This document shows, piece after piece, positions 18,206 through 27,129 of a stretch of 64,000 bases of DNA. The stretch is from Bacteroidales bacterium UBA4893 (GTDB lineage: Bacteria > Bacteroidota > Bacteroidia > Bacteroidales > P3), in assembly GCA_002399025.1 (NCBI GenBank), contig DHCV01000027.1, forward strand, positions 1,023 to 65,022, given 5' to 3'. Every line of letters starts with the position of its first letter. Within the stretch, counting starts at the first letter, position 1. Below the pieces are notes generated by a model, which had not been told where the DNA came from, ran no database searches, and was given only the letters and a program-made list of their open reading frames with translations. A program made the translations under genes and the position numbers.

Positions 18206-18682
18206 CTAAATTACATTATCTATTGTAACTATATACTCTTTTAACTTTACTCTTGCTCTAAAAATATTAATTTTCACTTGCTCCTGGCTCAAATTAAGAA
18301 TATCTCCAATTTCATTATAGGAATATCCTTCGTAGTCTCTCAAAAGGATTGATGCCTTTTGTATTTGTGGTAGCTGTTCTAAGGCTTCATTAAGCACTTC
18401 GTTAATGTCGTTGTAGGAGTTGGAAGTGATGGTTTGAGCCTCTGGAAGATTATATTTCAAAGAGTTATATTTTATATTATTTATCATTATATGGTAAGCC
18501 GATGTAAATATGTAGCTTTTAGCTTTTAAAAAATCAACATCTTCTCTTTTTTCCCAAAGTTTAGTAAAGGCTTCTTGAAGAATATCCTTTGCAGCATCAC
18601 TATCCTTGATGTTTTTCACAAGGAATAAAAACGCAGAATCGGAATAATTATCAATACAAAGGTTGTATTCTTTCTCAGTCAT
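18206..18682 (-). CDS. ECF-type RNA polymerase sigma-70 family factor
   Basis: 158-aa ORF with a region 2-like segment (ILQEAFTKLWEKRE) and a region 4 HTH (YEGYSYNEIGDILNLSQEQVKINIFRARVKLK). Confidence 0.85.
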   Translation of the reverse strand: MTEKEYNLCIDNYSDSAFLFLVKNIKDSDAAKDILQEAFTKLWEKREDVDFLKAKSYIFTSAYHIMINNIKYNSLKYNLPEAQTITSNSYNDINEVLNEALEQLPQIQKASILLRDYEGYSYNEIGDILNLSQEQVKINIFRARVKLKEYIVTIDNVI

Positions 18683-18910
18683 TAATAGTTTTTTTAGAAA
18701 TGGGAGGCTTGATTTAGCCTCCCAAACAAAAATTAATCTTTACTCTTTAATTTGTTTTCTATAAATAAGACAAGCGAAGATAAGAAAAAGTTACACAACG
18801 GATAAAAAAATTGTTTAATTAGGGGAAAATAAACAAGACTTAAATGTAAAAAAACGAAGTTTAGAACTTTTAAAACAGGGATTAGAACTTTTTTTATAGG
18901 GAGTTGATGT

Positions 18911-18996
18911 CGGAATCATGCCATGATTTACTCGGAATCATGCCATGAAATGGATGAAATCATGCCATGATTTGACCGAAATCATGCCATGATTCC
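18911..18996. repeat. Four copies, 22-bp period, of the 15-bp perfect palindrome AATCATG-C-CATGATT (copy 2 lacks the last two bases)
   Basis: The palindrome cores were read at 18914-18928, 18936-18948, 18958-18972 and 18980-18994. Confidence 0.9.
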
Positions 18997-19145
18997 AACA
19001 TTAAAACGAAGATTAAAAAGTTTGATGTAGTAATAAACTGTTTTTAAACGAAGTATAACGAGAAAAAAGTCAAGAAAAAACTTGAAAAAACAGGGAATTT
19101 TTACTCTAAAAAAAGGGTTATTTTTTAGGGAAAAAAGATATAGAA

Positions 19146-19928
19146 TTATTGAATAAAGAGGCTTGTCATGCTTAGGCTTCCTCCTACTAATTTATCGTTG
19201 AAAAAGCTAATTTTTTCTTCTTTATGCTTTGCTCCCAAAACATAGAGAAGTGGCAAATAGTGATCTGGAGAAGGGATTGCTTTATTGGAGTGTGGAATTT
19301 CTTCTTTATAGTTTATTAATGGTTGAAAATCGCCCTCCATTAGCTTTGTATTAATGTCTTCCCTTATCTCTTTTGCCCAATCATATCCGTAGTTGTCTTT
19401 ATCAAAGTTGTTATAATCAACCATTCTAAGGTTATGGATTATGTTACCACTTCCAATTATCAAAACACCTTTCTCTCTTAATGATTGGAGATTTGTTCCA
19501 CAAAGAAAATGATAATAAGACTCATTGGAATAATTAATACTTAGTTGAACAACTGGAATATCTGCTTTTGGATATAAATGTTTTATAACTGACCAAGCCC
19601 CATGGTCTAAGCCCCAATTCAAATCTAATCCTACTTCTGTTGGAGAAAGGAGTTTTTGAACCTCTTTTGCCAATTCTTTATCTCCTTTTGCAGGATATTG
19701 CACTTCATAAAGCTCCTGTGGAAATCCATAAAAGTCGTGTATTGTTTTGGGATTATCCATATAGGTTACCATTGTTTGGTCAATAAACCAATGGGCAGAA
19801 ACACATAATATGGCTTTAGGGATATGAATTTGTTTTACAATATTGCGAAATCCTTCAACGAATTGATTTTCCTCAATTGCATTCATTGGACTTCCATGAC
19901 CAAGAAAAAGCAAAGGCATTCTTTCCAT
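19146..19928 (-). CDS. Class III extradiol dioxygenase, YgiD-type 4,5-DOPA dioxygenase family
   Basis: 260-aa ORF with LFLGHGSPMNA, SAHW, IHDFYGFPQELY and GLDHGAWS, which match the YgiD/LigB-type signature. Confidence 0.85.
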   Translation of the reverse strand: MERMPLLFLGHGSPMNAIEENQFVEGFRNIVKQIHIPKAILCVSAHWFIDQTMVTYMDNPKTIHDFYGFPQELYEVQYPAKGDKELAKEVQKLLSPTEVGLDLNWGLDHGAWSVIKHLYPKADIPVVQLSINYSNESYYHFLCGTNLQSLREKGVLIIGSGNIIHNLRMVDYNNFDKDNYGYDWAKEIREDINTKLMEGDFQPLINYKEEIPHSNKAIPSPDHYLPLLYVLGAKHKEEKISFFNDKLVGGSLSMTSLFIQ

Positions 19929-19946
19929 ATTAATTGTTTTTATTTC

Positions 19947-19970
19947 AGGGCAGAACTATATTTCTGCCCT
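19947..19970 (-). terminator. G+C-rich hairpin downstream of serS (terminator-like, poor U-tract)
   Basis: 9-bp stem AGGGCAGAA/TTCTGCCCT with a 6-nt loop, 9 nt after the serS stop. The tail on the minus strand is GAAATAAAAAC, so it is atypical. Confidence 0.45.
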
Positions 19971-19978
19971 TATAAATA

Positions 19979-21253
19979 TTAATCTATAATTTCAAATCCT
20001 GTGTATGGAACAAGAGCTTTAGGAATTCTTATTCCTTGAGGAGTTTGGTTATTTTCTAATAAAGAAGCTACTATACGAGGAAGAGCAAGTGCAGAACCGT
20101 TAAGAGTATGTGCTAATTGTGTTTTGCCTTCTTGATTTTTGAATCTAAGCTTTAAGCGGTTTGACTGGAAGGTTTCGAAGTTTGAAACAGAACTTACCTC
20201 CAACCAACGTTCTTGAGCAGCAGAGTAAGTTTCAAAGTCAAAGGTTAGAGCTGAAGTAAAACTCATATCTCCTCCACAAAGACGAAGAATTCTGTAAGGA
20301 AGCTCCAATTTGGAAAGTATTCCCATAACGTGTTGTTTCATCTTCTCCAATTGCTCGTAGCTCTTGTCTGGATGAGCAATACAAACAATTTCCACCTTAT
20401 CGAATTGGTGCAATCTATTTAATCCTCTAACATCTTTTCCATAAGAACCAGCTTCACGACGGAAACATTGAGAATAGCCACATTTTTTTATTGGGAAATC
20501 TTTTTCTTGAAGAATTGTATCACGGTAAATATTGGTTAAAGGCACTTCAGCAGTTGGAATCATATAGAAACCATCCAAAGGAATTGCATACATTTGTCCT
20601 TCTTTGTCGGGAAGTTGTCCTGTTGCCATTGCTGAAGCTTCATTAACCATTAGAGGTGGCTGAACTTCATCAAATCCATTCTTTGTTGCTTCATCTAAAA
20701 AGAAATTAATTAAGGCTCTTTGTAGTTTTGCTCCTTTGCCTTTATAGACAGGGAAACCAGAACCAGTTATTTTATTTCCCAATTCAAAATCAACAATATC
20801 ATATTTTGCACATAAGTCCCAATGAGGTGTTGCTCCTTCCCAAAGTTTTGGTATTTCCCCTTCCATTAATTCAACAATATTATCTTCTGCTGTTTTTCCT
20901 TTTGGAACTGATGAGTGAGGAAGATTAGGTATTGAAAGAAGCAATTCTTCAATCTCTTTTTCTTTTTCAGAAAGTTCTTTTTCCAAATCTTTTGAATTCT
21001 CTTTAAGGGCTGCTACTTCTTGCTTAGTTTTTTCTGCCAAGTCTTTTTCACCTTGCATCATAAACTTGCCTATTTCTTTTGCCTTAACATTTAGGTCAGC
21101 CTTAATGTCTTCTAATTGTTTTTGAACTTGGCGTTTCTTTTCGTCCAAATCAATTAAAGTATTGATTTTTTGGTCAGCATCTTTAAAATTCTTTACTCCT
21201 AAAAGTTCAATTACGTTTTCTTTATTGAGTCTTATCTTATTAATTTCTAACAT
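19979..21253 (-). CDS. serS: Seryl-tRNA synthetase
   Basis: 424-aa ORF with an N-terminal coiled-coil arm and a class II core (FRREAGSYGKDVRGLNRLHQFDKVE, GSALALPR). Confidence 0.95.
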   Translation of the reverse strand: MLEINKIRLNKENVIELLGVKNFKDADQKINTLIDLDEKKRQVQKQLEDIKADLNVKAKEIGKFMMQGEKDLAEKTKQEVAALKENSKDLEKELSEKEKEIEELLLSIPNLPHSSVPKGKTAEDNIVELMEGEIPKLWEGATPHWDLCAKYDIVDFELGNKITGSGFPVYKGKGAKLQRALINFFLDEATKNGFDEVQPPLMVNEASAMATGQLPDKEGQMYAIPLDGFYMIPTAEVPLTNIYRDTILQEKDFPIKKCGYSQCFRREAGSYGKDVRGLNRLHQFDKVEIVCIAHPDKSYEQLEKMKQHVMGILSKLELPYRILRLCGGDMSFTSALTFDFETYSAAQERWLEVSSVSNFETFQSNRLKLRFKNQEGKTQLAHTLNGSALALPRIVASLLENNQTPQGIRIPKALVPYTGFEIID

Positions 21254-21290
21254 AAGTATATCTTTTTCGTCTTTTATCTCTTAATAATTT

Positions 21291-21827
21291 TTATAGTGTT
21301 GGTCTATCAAAGAAAGGGCTCTTTCCCGATACAGAAAGAGGGATTGCAAAACCATAAGCAACCTCTTCTCCATAAAGACCTAATTCTTTAGCTGCAGCTC
21401 CTACAGAATACATAACTCTGGAGTCAATTCTATTGTCTGAAGCTATAGAAACAGCACTTCCAATTGCAATTCCTAAATCATTAGAATTAAACATACATGG
21501 AACTTTTTGATTAGATAGTTTTTCTTCGCAGGTTGCAAATCCACATAATCCACAGTTTAATCCTACCACTGAAATCTTTGTCCCTATCAATACTATTGCT
21601 CCTGCTTTTAAAATATTTTCCGAATCACGAAGAAAGAATTGTTGATTATTCTCTTCATACATCTTTTTAGTATGATTAGAAAGCTTAATTATATCTTCAT
21701 TAGTTATTGTTGCAATAACCAAGTTGTCAATTCCTCTTGCTTTAGGAGCCGTTCTGGCTGCACACATCATGGCTTTAGCTACTTCCATAATGCGATTATC
21801 CCTAATACTTTCTTCGGTAAATATCAT
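21291..21827 (-). CDS. DUF2148-type ferredoxin-like protein
   Basis: 178-aa ORF with the Cys cluster GLNCGLCGFATCEE. Size and pattern match DUF2148 proteins, recognised from memory. Confidence 0.7.
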   Translation of the reverse strand: MIFTEESIRDNRIMEVAKAMMCAARTAPKARGIDNLVIATITNEDIIKLSNHTKKMYEENNQQFFLRDSENILKAGAIVLIGTKISVVGLNCGLCGFATCEEKLSNQKVPCMFNSNDLGIAIGSAVSIASDNRIDSRVMYSVGAAAKELGLYGEEVAYGFAIPLSVSGKSPFFDRPTL

Positions 21828-21830
21828 CCT

Positions 21831-22409
21831 TTAATTATTTAAAATATACTTAACTAATTTATTTACTGCAAGTCCTCTATGGCTAATTTTATTCTTTTCT
21901 TCCAAAGACATTTCTGCAAAACTTTCTCCATAGCCTTTTGGAATAAAGATTGGGTCATATCCAAATCCTCCTTTACCATAACGTTCTGTTAGTATGGAGC
22001 CTTCACACTTTCCTTCAAAATAATATTCTTTATTGTTTTCAATAAGACATATTACAGTTTTAAAGCATGCTTTTCTATTGGTTTTGCCTTCCATTTCATC
22101 AAGAAGCTTATCAATATTATCATCAAAGCTACATCCTTCTCCAGCATAACGAGCCGAATAAACACCAGGACGATTGTCCAATGCTTCTACTTCAAGACCT
22201 GTATCATCTGCAAAGCATGGTTTATTAAATTTTTCATATATGTATTTAGCTTTCTCAAGGGCATTTCCTTTCAAAGTATCGGCAGTTTCGGGAATATCCT
22301 CCCTAAGACCAAGTTCCTTAAGGGTGATTAACCTAATGTTTTTACCTAATGCATCTTGTATTTCTTCAACCTTATGTTTATTATTGGTTGCTATAATATA
22401 TTCTTTCAT
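21831..22409 (-). CDS. rdgB: Non-canonical purine NTP (dITP/XTP) pyrophosphatase
   Basis: 192-aa ORF with the Ham1 family motifs IIATNNKHKVEEI, FADDTGLEVEALDNRPGVYSARY and GFGYDPIF. Confidence 0.92.
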   Translation of the reverse strand: MKEYIIATNNKHKVEEIQDALGKNIRLITLKELGLREDIPETADTLKGNALEKAKYIYEKFNKPCFADDTGLEVEALDNRPGVYSARYAGEGCSFDDNIDKLLDEMEGKTNRKACFKTVICLIENNKEYYFEGKCEGSILTERYGKGGFGYDPIFIPKGYGESFAEMSLEEKNKISHRGLAVNKLVKYILNN

Positions 22410-22429
22410 CTAAAAATTAAATTAAGTAG

Positions 22430-22437
22430 CAAAATTA
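22430..22437 (-). promoter_or_regulatory. Candidate -7 box (TAATTTTG on minus) for rdgB-DUF2148-serS
   Basis: CAAAATTA on plus lies 20 nt upstream of the rdgB ATG (22409). Confidence 0.4.
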
Positions 22438-22459
22438 CTAATAAAACTCCAAAATGATT

Positions 22460-23158
22460 CTACTTCTTCATTTTATTAAGGATATCCTTTATTGGAGATT
22501 CTTCTATATCTTCAGGGCTATAAGTAAGGTCTGAATACACTACTTGAAACAAACAAAATTTATCGTATTGAATAATAGTACTTGTTTCTGTAACATCATG
22601 AATTTCCTCATTAATTTCCATAAAGGCTACTCCATATAATTTATTTGTTGATTGCCATGCTTCTGCACAAAATGCTAAAATATACTTATTTTCATTAAAA
22701 GCGTTTTGGAATTCAGACTGAGAATCATAATCTGCAGAAAGAGAATTAATCGCCCCCATATATTGATAATCATTATTATTATTTGTTGCAGACAAACATT
22801 CTCTCTGACAATACTCATAATTACTAATTGAGTTATCTCTTATTTTACTTTTCATGAAAACATTTGCTTGGTAAATAATATTTGTTTCTACATTAAGCCT
22901 TAATTCATACCATAATGTGTTGACGGAATTTTTAAAGACAATAAAGTTTGGAGCGCTTTCGTGTTCATCAAATACATAACCTTTGTCTTCCAATTTTGTT
23001 TTAACTTCATTATAATCTAAACCAACATACATTTGTGCGTCTTTTAAAGAAATATTTGTGTAAGAAGGAGTGTTTGAAGAAGTATCATTATCTTCTTTAC
23101 AAGAATTAAAATTGATTAAACTAAACGTAATTATAAATAATGCAATAATCTTTTTCAT
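22460..23158 (-). CDS. Lipoprotein, function unknown
   Basis: 232-aa ORF with a lipobox-like signal MKKIIALFIITFSLINFNSC. No family was recognised. Confidence 0.6.
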   Translation of the reverse strand: MKKIIALFIITFSLINFNSCKEDNDTSSNTPSYTNISLKDAQMYVGLDYNEVKTKLEDKGYVFDEHESAPNFIVFKNSVNTLWYELRLNVETNIIYQANVFMKSKIRDNSISNYEYCQRECLSATNNNNDYQYMGAINSLSADYDSQSEFQNAFNENKYILAFCAEAWQSTNKLYGVAFMEINEEIHDVTETSTIIQYDKFCLFQVVYSDLTYSPEDIEESPIKDILNKMKK

Positions 23159-23201
23159 GATGTTTTATTTTATGGTTTATATTTATCTCTGCAAAGATAT
23201 T

Positions 23202-24698
23202 CTATTTTTTGAAATCATATATCCAAATCTCTTGTTCCTGTCCTAAGGAATTGAATTTGTATTTTGGAGCAAACCTATACTTATTCTTTATTATTGGACT
23301 ATTGGAAGGGATTTGATTATTCTTGGTTTCTGCAATATTGGCCCTTGAAAGAACTTCCTTGCCTCCAAAATAATCGGTATATATTGTTTTGTTTTCTTTT
23401 ATCCAATTATCAAATTGCTCTGGACTTACTTCCGAAATCTTAAAGGTATTACTTATGTTTTGGTTTCTTCGCCTATAAGCTACAATATTATCAACCGCAA
23501 CCTTATCCTTTAAGACAAAAACAGCGTCCTCCTTTTGAACAAGATTAGCTATTTCTTCGTTGTTGTTGAGGTTAAGGAGACCTATTGGGGTTAGTGCAAA
23601 GAAAATGTTCCAAGCATACATTGCAAAGCCAAATCCAAATAATGACCAACGAAGGTTTTCAAAGTAGTAGGCTGCCAATAGGACTAAAAGGAATGGGATA
23701 ATCACCATAAACTCAGCATTCCCATTTGAAAATATTGCAAAGGCAAGATTATAGATTAAGAGCCACCAAGTAAATCTAACAAATCGCCTTTCGTTGAATA
23801 AGGTAAGCTGCCTTTTTATTAGCTTAAATAGGAAAATCACTCCAAGAATAAAGAATATTGAACTTACAGCTATTATCAAATATCCAATTACTGGGTGGAT
23901 TGAGATTAGACTTCCAATATACCCGTGTACTTGGAAGAATGTTCTGACAAAACTTATTGAAGAAAGTAGAAGAACATTCTTAAGAATTGGCATTTCTGCA
24001 TTTGAATTTATATAATCGTGAAGGACAAATCTCATTAGCGAATCTATTGATAAGTAACCCTCTTGAAGGTATACTACCAATGAATATGTTAGGGGAATAA
24101 TCAGACTTATAAAGAAAAAATACAAAAAATACTTTCTCCTTCTGTTAAAGATAATAACAATAAAACAACATAGCCATGCAAAAACTACTATTTGATGAAA
24201 TAAACATCCAATCACACAAGCCAAAGCACAAAGGACAACCTTGTAGGTTTTATTGTTTATTAGGAAGCTTTGAATAAAATTTATCGCCAATAAAGTAAAG
24301 AAAAGAGGAATTATGTAGCACTCATTATCTATTGCAAAACGCTGGAAACCAAAACAAGAACCTAAGAAGAAGATAGCTGAAGCAATTAGAGATTCTTTAA
24401 TATGAATTCTCTGCAAGATTACTCTTACGACAACAAAACAAGCCATTGCAAAAATCACATTTACGGTTTGTAGTATTCTGATTGGTTCGATGGAAGTTGA
24501 TTGGAAAGGCAAATAGATTAGGTATCCAAAAGCAGAATAGAGAAGATGATGAGGACGAAAAAGCTCTTCTTTAGTTATGGAGGAGAAAGCATTGGAATAG
24601 GAATCTGATGTTGGGTTATTGGAAAGAAAAAGAAAGTATAATAATCCAAAGGATATAATTATTATCCAAGAGTAGTTCTTTTTTAAATACCTTATCAT
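23202..24698 (-). CDS. Polytopic membrane protein, possibly ArnT/PMT-like (GT-C type) glycosyltransferase
   Basis: 498-aa ORF with more than 10 predicted hydrophobic helices followed by a ~110-aa soluble C-terminal domain. The GT-C assignment rests on architecture only. Confidence 0.45.
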   Translation of the reverse strand: MIRYLKKNYSWIIIISFGLLYFLFLSNNPTSDSYSNAFSSITKEELFRPHHLLYSAFGYLIYLPFQSTSIEPIRILQTVNVIFAMACFVVVRVILQRIHIKESLIASAIFFLGSCFGFQRFAIDNECYIIPLFFTLLAINFIQSFLINNKTYKVVLCALACVIGCLFHQIVVFAWLCCFIVIIFNRRRKYFLYFFFISLIIPLTYSLVVYLQEGYLSIDSLMRFVLHDYINSNAEMPILKNVLLLSSISFVRTFFQVHGYIGSLISIHPVIGYLIIAVSSIFFILGVIFLFKLIKRQLTLFNERRFVRFTWWLLIYNLAFAIFSNGNAEFMVIIPFLLVLLAAYYFENLRWSLFGFGFAMYAWNIFFALTPIGLLNLNNNEEIANLVQKEDAVFVLKDKVAVDNIVAYRRRNQNISNTFKISEVSPEQFDNWIKENKTIYTDYFGGKEVLSRANIAETKNNQIPSNSPIIKNKYRFAPKYKFNSLGQEQEIWIYDFKK

Positions 24699-24961
24699 AA
24701 TATTATCTTATGTTTTGAATCAGCAAAGGTAATAAAATAAAATAGAAACTTGGTTACGCTCCTATTTTTGTACTTAGATTTATATCAATAGTTGTGAGGG
24801 ATACCCTATGACGAACGACAACAAGAAAAACATTTCTTATATTCAATTACCTATAAGTTTATTACCTTTCAAATTCACTTAATTTCACACACTTAAGTAT
24901 TAAGTTTTGGAGTTTGAATTATGGTTATTCTTTTTTATAGAATAATAATAAAATAAAAATG

Positions 24962-24969
24962 TAATTTTG
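24962..24969 (+). promoter_or_regulatory. Candidate -7 box TAATTTTG abutting the dnaG start codon
   Basis: TAATTTTGCAAAGATG: only 5 nt separate the box from the ATG at 24975. Confidence 0.4.
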
Positions 24970-24974
24970 CAAAG

Positions 24975-26996
24975 ATGATAAAGCAAGAAGATATTTCAAA
25001 AATACTTGATGCAACTGAGATAGTTGATGTTATTAATTCTTTTGTTCCGCTAAGGAAACGAGGGGTTAACTATCTTGGTAATTGTCCTTTTCATAATGAA
25101 AAAACTCCATCCTTTACTGTTAGTCCCTCAAAAGGAATTTTTAAGTGTTTTGGTTGTGGAGAGTCAGGCAATGCTGTTAATTTCATTATGAAGCACGAAC
25201 ATTATTCCTATCCGGAGGCTTTGCGTTTTCTTGCAAATAAATATGGAATAGAGATAAAGGAAGAGGAGTTGTCAAATGAGGCGAAAACTCTTCAGGATGA
25301 GAAAGATGCTTTATTTCATGTTACAGAATTTGCTCAAAGGTATTTTGCTGATAATCTTTTTAATGATAATGAGGGAAGGAAGATTGGATTAAGTTATTTT
25401 ATTGAAAGAGAGATTAAGGAAGAGACAATTAAGCGTTGGGGACTTGGTTATTGCAAGGATAATTGGGCTGACTTTACTGAACATGCAAAAAAGAATGGAT
25501 ACACCGATGAGATTTTGATTAAATCGGGGCTTACAATTGCCAAAGAAGAAAGCCACGTTCAATATGATAGGTTTAGGGCAAGAGTAATGTTCCCTATATA
25601 TAATATTGGAGGTCGTCCTTTGGGTTTTACAGGAAGGGTTTTAAGTTCTGAAAAGAGTAAGGCTAAGTATGTTAACTCTCCGGAAAGCGAAATTTATTCT
25701 AAGAGCAAGGTTTTGTTCGGACTCCATTTGGCTAAGAATGAAATTGTCAAGCAAGACCTTTGCTATTTGGTTGAAGGGAATATTGATGCCATTATGTTAA
25801 GCCAAAACAATGTTGAAAATGTTGTTGCAACTTCTGGAACGGCTCTAACTATTGAACAAATAAGACTTATAAAAAGATATACAAAGAATGTTACTATTCT
25901 TTATGATGGCGATTCGGCTGGGATTAAGGCTGCATTTAGGGCGATTGATTTATTTGTTGAGAATGGGCTTAACGTAAAGATTGTCCTTTTCCCTGATGGT
26001 GAAGACCCTGATTCTTATTGCAGAAAACTCCCTCAAGATGATTTTAAGGCATATATTACAGATAAAGCCGAAAACTTTATACTCTTCAAAACAAATCTTT
26101 TGCTTAGTGATGCAAAAGATGACCCTTTCAAAAGAAGTGCTTTAATTAAGGAGATAATAAATACTATTAGCCTTATTCACGATAATATTGAGAAGGCTGC
26201 CTATATCCAACAATGCTCCTCAATTCTAAATATGAAGGAAGAAATTCTGAATAACGAGTTGACCAAAGTACTAAGGGATAAGTATTTTAGGAAGAAAAAG
26301 GAAGGAAGAAAGGAAGAAACCTCATCTTCAACCCAAACTCCTCCCGATGATTTGTTTCTTGATGAGGATGATGGTTCGAGCTATATTACCAATGAAAAAG
26401 CTAAGAAGCAGGTTATTGAAGAATCATTTCCTGATGAGTATCAAGAACGAAAGATAATTTCCCTTCTTCTAAACTATGGCGACAAGCAAACAACTCAAAC
26501 CATTATTGGGGAAAGTGGAGAAAAGGAAGAGGCAAGTTATTTGGTTGCAGCATATTTGGTTGGTGAAATTGCAAATGATAATCTTAGTTTTGATAATAGG
26601 CTCTATCAAACCATTTTCCAAATCTATAAGGATTATATTTTTGAAAAAGGAGGCTTGCCTGAACTAAGCATTTTTACAAATAATCAAGATTCGGAAGTTC
26701 AAAAACTTGCTACCTCTCTTCTAATCAATAATTATATTGTCAGCGACTTATGGGAAAAGAAATGGAAAATAATTATTCCAGACCCTGAAAGCGAGGAAAA
26801 GCTTAATCTAAATGTTAAAGAAAGTCTTTTGAGTTTCAAACTTAACAAGTTAGAACGAAAAATTATTGCTATAGAGGAGAAATTAAAAGATGAGGTTGAG
26901 TATGAGGATCAGTTAATTCTTATTTCTGAACAAAAAATCCTTAGAACATTAAAACAAATCATTTCTTCAGAACTTAATAGGATTGTTACAAAATAA
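24975..26996 (+). CDS. dnaG: DNA primase
   Basis: 673-aa ORF with the CHC2 zinc finger CPFHNEKTPSFTVSPSKGIFKCFGCGESGN and Toprim motifs (YLVEGNIDAIML, LYDGDSAG). Confidence 0.95.
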   Translation: MIKQEDISKILDATEIVDVINSFVPLRKRGVNYLGNCPFHNEKTPSFTVSPSKGIFKCFGCGESGNAVNFIMKHEHYSYPEALRFLANKYGIEIKEEELSNEAKTLQDEKDALFHVTEFAQRYFADNLFNDNEGRKIGLSYFIEREIKEETIKRWGLGYCKDNWADFTEHAKKNGYTDEILIKSGLTIAKEESHVQYDRFRARVMFPIYNIGGRPLGFTGRVLSSEKSKAKYVNSPESEIYSKSKVLFGLHLAKNEIVKQDLCYLVEGNIDAIMLSQNNVENVVATSGTALTIEQIRLIKRYTKNVTILYDGDSAGIKAAFRAIDLFVENGLNVKIVLFPDGEDPDSYCRKLPQDDFKAYITDKAENFILFKTNLLLSDAKDDPFKRSALIKEIINTISLIHDNIEKAAYIQQCSSILNMKEEILNNELTKVLRDKYFRKKKEGRKEETSSSTQTPPDDLFLDEDDGSSYITNEKAKKQVIEESFPDEYQERKIISLLLNYGDKQTTQTIIGESGEKEEASYLVAAYLVGEIANDNLSFDNRLYQTIFQIYKDYIFEKGGLPELSIFTNNQDSEVQKLATSLLINNYIVSDLWEKKWKIIIPDPESEEKLNLNVKESLLSFKLNKLERKIIAIEEKLKDEVEYEDQLILISEQKILRTLKQIISSELNRIVTK

Positions 26997-27040
26997 TAAT
27001 TGGTTTCTTCTGCCCAAAAAGATGGGATATAATTGAAAAA

Positions 27041-27072
27041 AGTCGGGAGATAAATCAGATTATCTCCCGACT
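27041..27072. terminator. Bidirectional rho-independent terminator between convergent dnaG and the M6 protease gene
   Basis: 12-bp stem AGTCGGGAGATA/TATCTCCCGACT with an 8-nt loop. The flanks are an A-run on the left and TTTATAAATTT on the right. Confidence 0.75.
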
Positions 27073-27129
27073 TTATAAATTTAAATCACGGTTTATTTTT
27101 TTAAAACCTTATTCTATTTTATTGAAACC

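Noticed and set aside
24780-24870. G+C-richer patch (GTGAGGGATACCCTATGACGAACGACAACAAG) and a possible 23-codon ORF in the spacer upstream of dnaG
   Set aside because: It is too short to support, has only a 4-bp stem, and matches no motif I can name. It could be checked together with the Rfam scan, but I do not call it.
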